A stretch of DNA of 64,000 nt from Octopus sinensis (lineage: Eukaryota): the NCBI RefSeq assembly GCF_006345805.1, contig NC_043015.1, positions 42,284,001 through 42,348,000 of the forward strand, in the 5' to 3' direction. Below, one piece after another: positions 62,613-64,000 of the stretch. A program made the position numbers and the translations under genes. The notes under the pieces are model-generated. The model made no database searches, was not told the DNA's origin, and saw nothing but the letters and a program-made list of their open reading frames with translations. How positions within the stretch are numbered: the stretch's first letter is position 1; the number at the start of each line of letters is the position of its first letter.

Positions 62613-62862
62613 ACTGGCACCTGTGCCAGTGGCATGTGTAAAAGGATTTGAGCGAGGTCGTTGCCAGTGCCGCCTGACTGCCGGTGGCACGTAAAAAGCA
62701 TCCACTAGACTCCTTGGAGTGGTTGGCATTAAGAAGGGTATCCAGCTGTAGAAACTCTGCCAAATCAAGATTGGAGCCTGGTGCAGCCATCTGGTTCACC
62801 AGCCCTCAGTCAAAATCGTCCAACCCATGCTAGCATGGAAAGCGGACGTTAAATGATGATGA
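62613..62862 (+). mobile_element. Family A SINE
   Basis: Standard core ending GCGGACGTTAAATGATGATG. Confidence 0.88.
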
Positions 62863-64000
62863 AATTGAACCCATGATCATACAATCATAAGCCAAATGCT
62901 CTAACCATTAAACCATGTTCCTTCACACAAACACACACACACATAATTATGCAATAATCCTTTCTACTATAGGCAGAAGGCCTGAAATTTTGGGGGAGGG
63001 CAACTTGTTGATTACATTGACCCCAGTGTTTCACTGGTATTTAATTTATCAACCCCAAAAGGATCAAAGGCAAAGTCGACCTTGGTGACATTTGAACTCA
63101 GGACCTAAAGACAGACGAAATACTAAACATTTTTGCCCGGTGTTGTGATGATTGTTAGCTCACTACCTTACATATAAAATAATAATTAATTCTGATGATA
63201 ATGATAAACACTTCAAGGCAGTGCCCCAGTATGGCCATAGTCTAATGACTGAAACTGGTAAATGAATAAAAAAAAAGACAATCGTAAGGAGACGTCTCCA
63301 AAGATGACATCATTTATTCTTCCTGCCACTTCACACACACGGTGTCAGAATGAACCACGACAGCGTAAAGCTTGCAGCAGGTAAATTATATTGCTGGAGA
63401 GCAGTGTTAAAAGAAAGAGAGAAAGGAAGGCTAGCTAGCTCAATAGATAGATAGATAGATAAATAGATGGATGGATGGATGGATGGCGAGGAAAGAGAAG
63501 TGTTGCCTGCCAGGCAGTTACAATTAAAGTAAAACAGACAGATGGTGTGGTTCTTGAAGCTCAGTCAATGGACTGCAAATATATAATCGTGTGAGAAGTG
63601 CATCTGATTGGTGTCGGTTGAATCGCAGGGTGAGATAATCTCTTCTGAATTGCAATTATATGTGGTTGCTGCTGCTGCTGTTGTTGTCATCGTTGAATAG
63701 CACTTAGCTCCTATTTAAATGCAGTTGGCAGTGATGCCGTATGGAATTGCTTGTGAAGACAGTGACATCAGATTGAGATCATAAAATCTATTGCAAACAC
63801 ATTTTCTTTTATTTTTCTATCTCTTACTTGTTTCATTCATTGGACTTGCAGCTTAGAAGTGTTTTTAGTTGAATAAATGAATCGACCCTCCCCAGGAACT
63901 ATTTATTTATTTTTTTTTTTTAAAGCCTGGTTCTTATTCTAGTGGTCTTTTATACCGATCCACAAAGCTACAGGGACGTAAACAAACCAATGGGGTACAA

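Overview
AT-rich animal DNA packed with SINEs, MITEs, LINE fragments and microsatellites; the repeat families resemble those I associate with Octopus (inference, not searched). The left 35 kb hold 16 minus-strand coding exons of U2SURP/SR140 (U2 snRNP-associated; RRM, SURP, CID). I joined them by hand into one phase-consistent 2013-nt (671 aa) frame, numbered e1 (34791-34889) to e16 (19-123). The C-terminus lies beyond the left edge and the start-codon exon was not identified. The right 29 kb has no confident gene and contains a 3.5-kb 27-bp minisatellite whose long ORFs follow from a stop-free monomer. Best leads: (1) a candidate 717-nt poison exon in the e9-e10 intron; (2) a non-consensus AAG/GTCTCT donor with an immediate in-frame stop; (3) a minimal type-I hammerhead-like motif in the intron before e1; (4) frame-preserving higher-order structure in the minisatellite; (5) strong sense-orientation bias of SINEs confined to the gene. 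Exon ends are exact; repeat boundaries are approximate and all family names are by-eye assignments.
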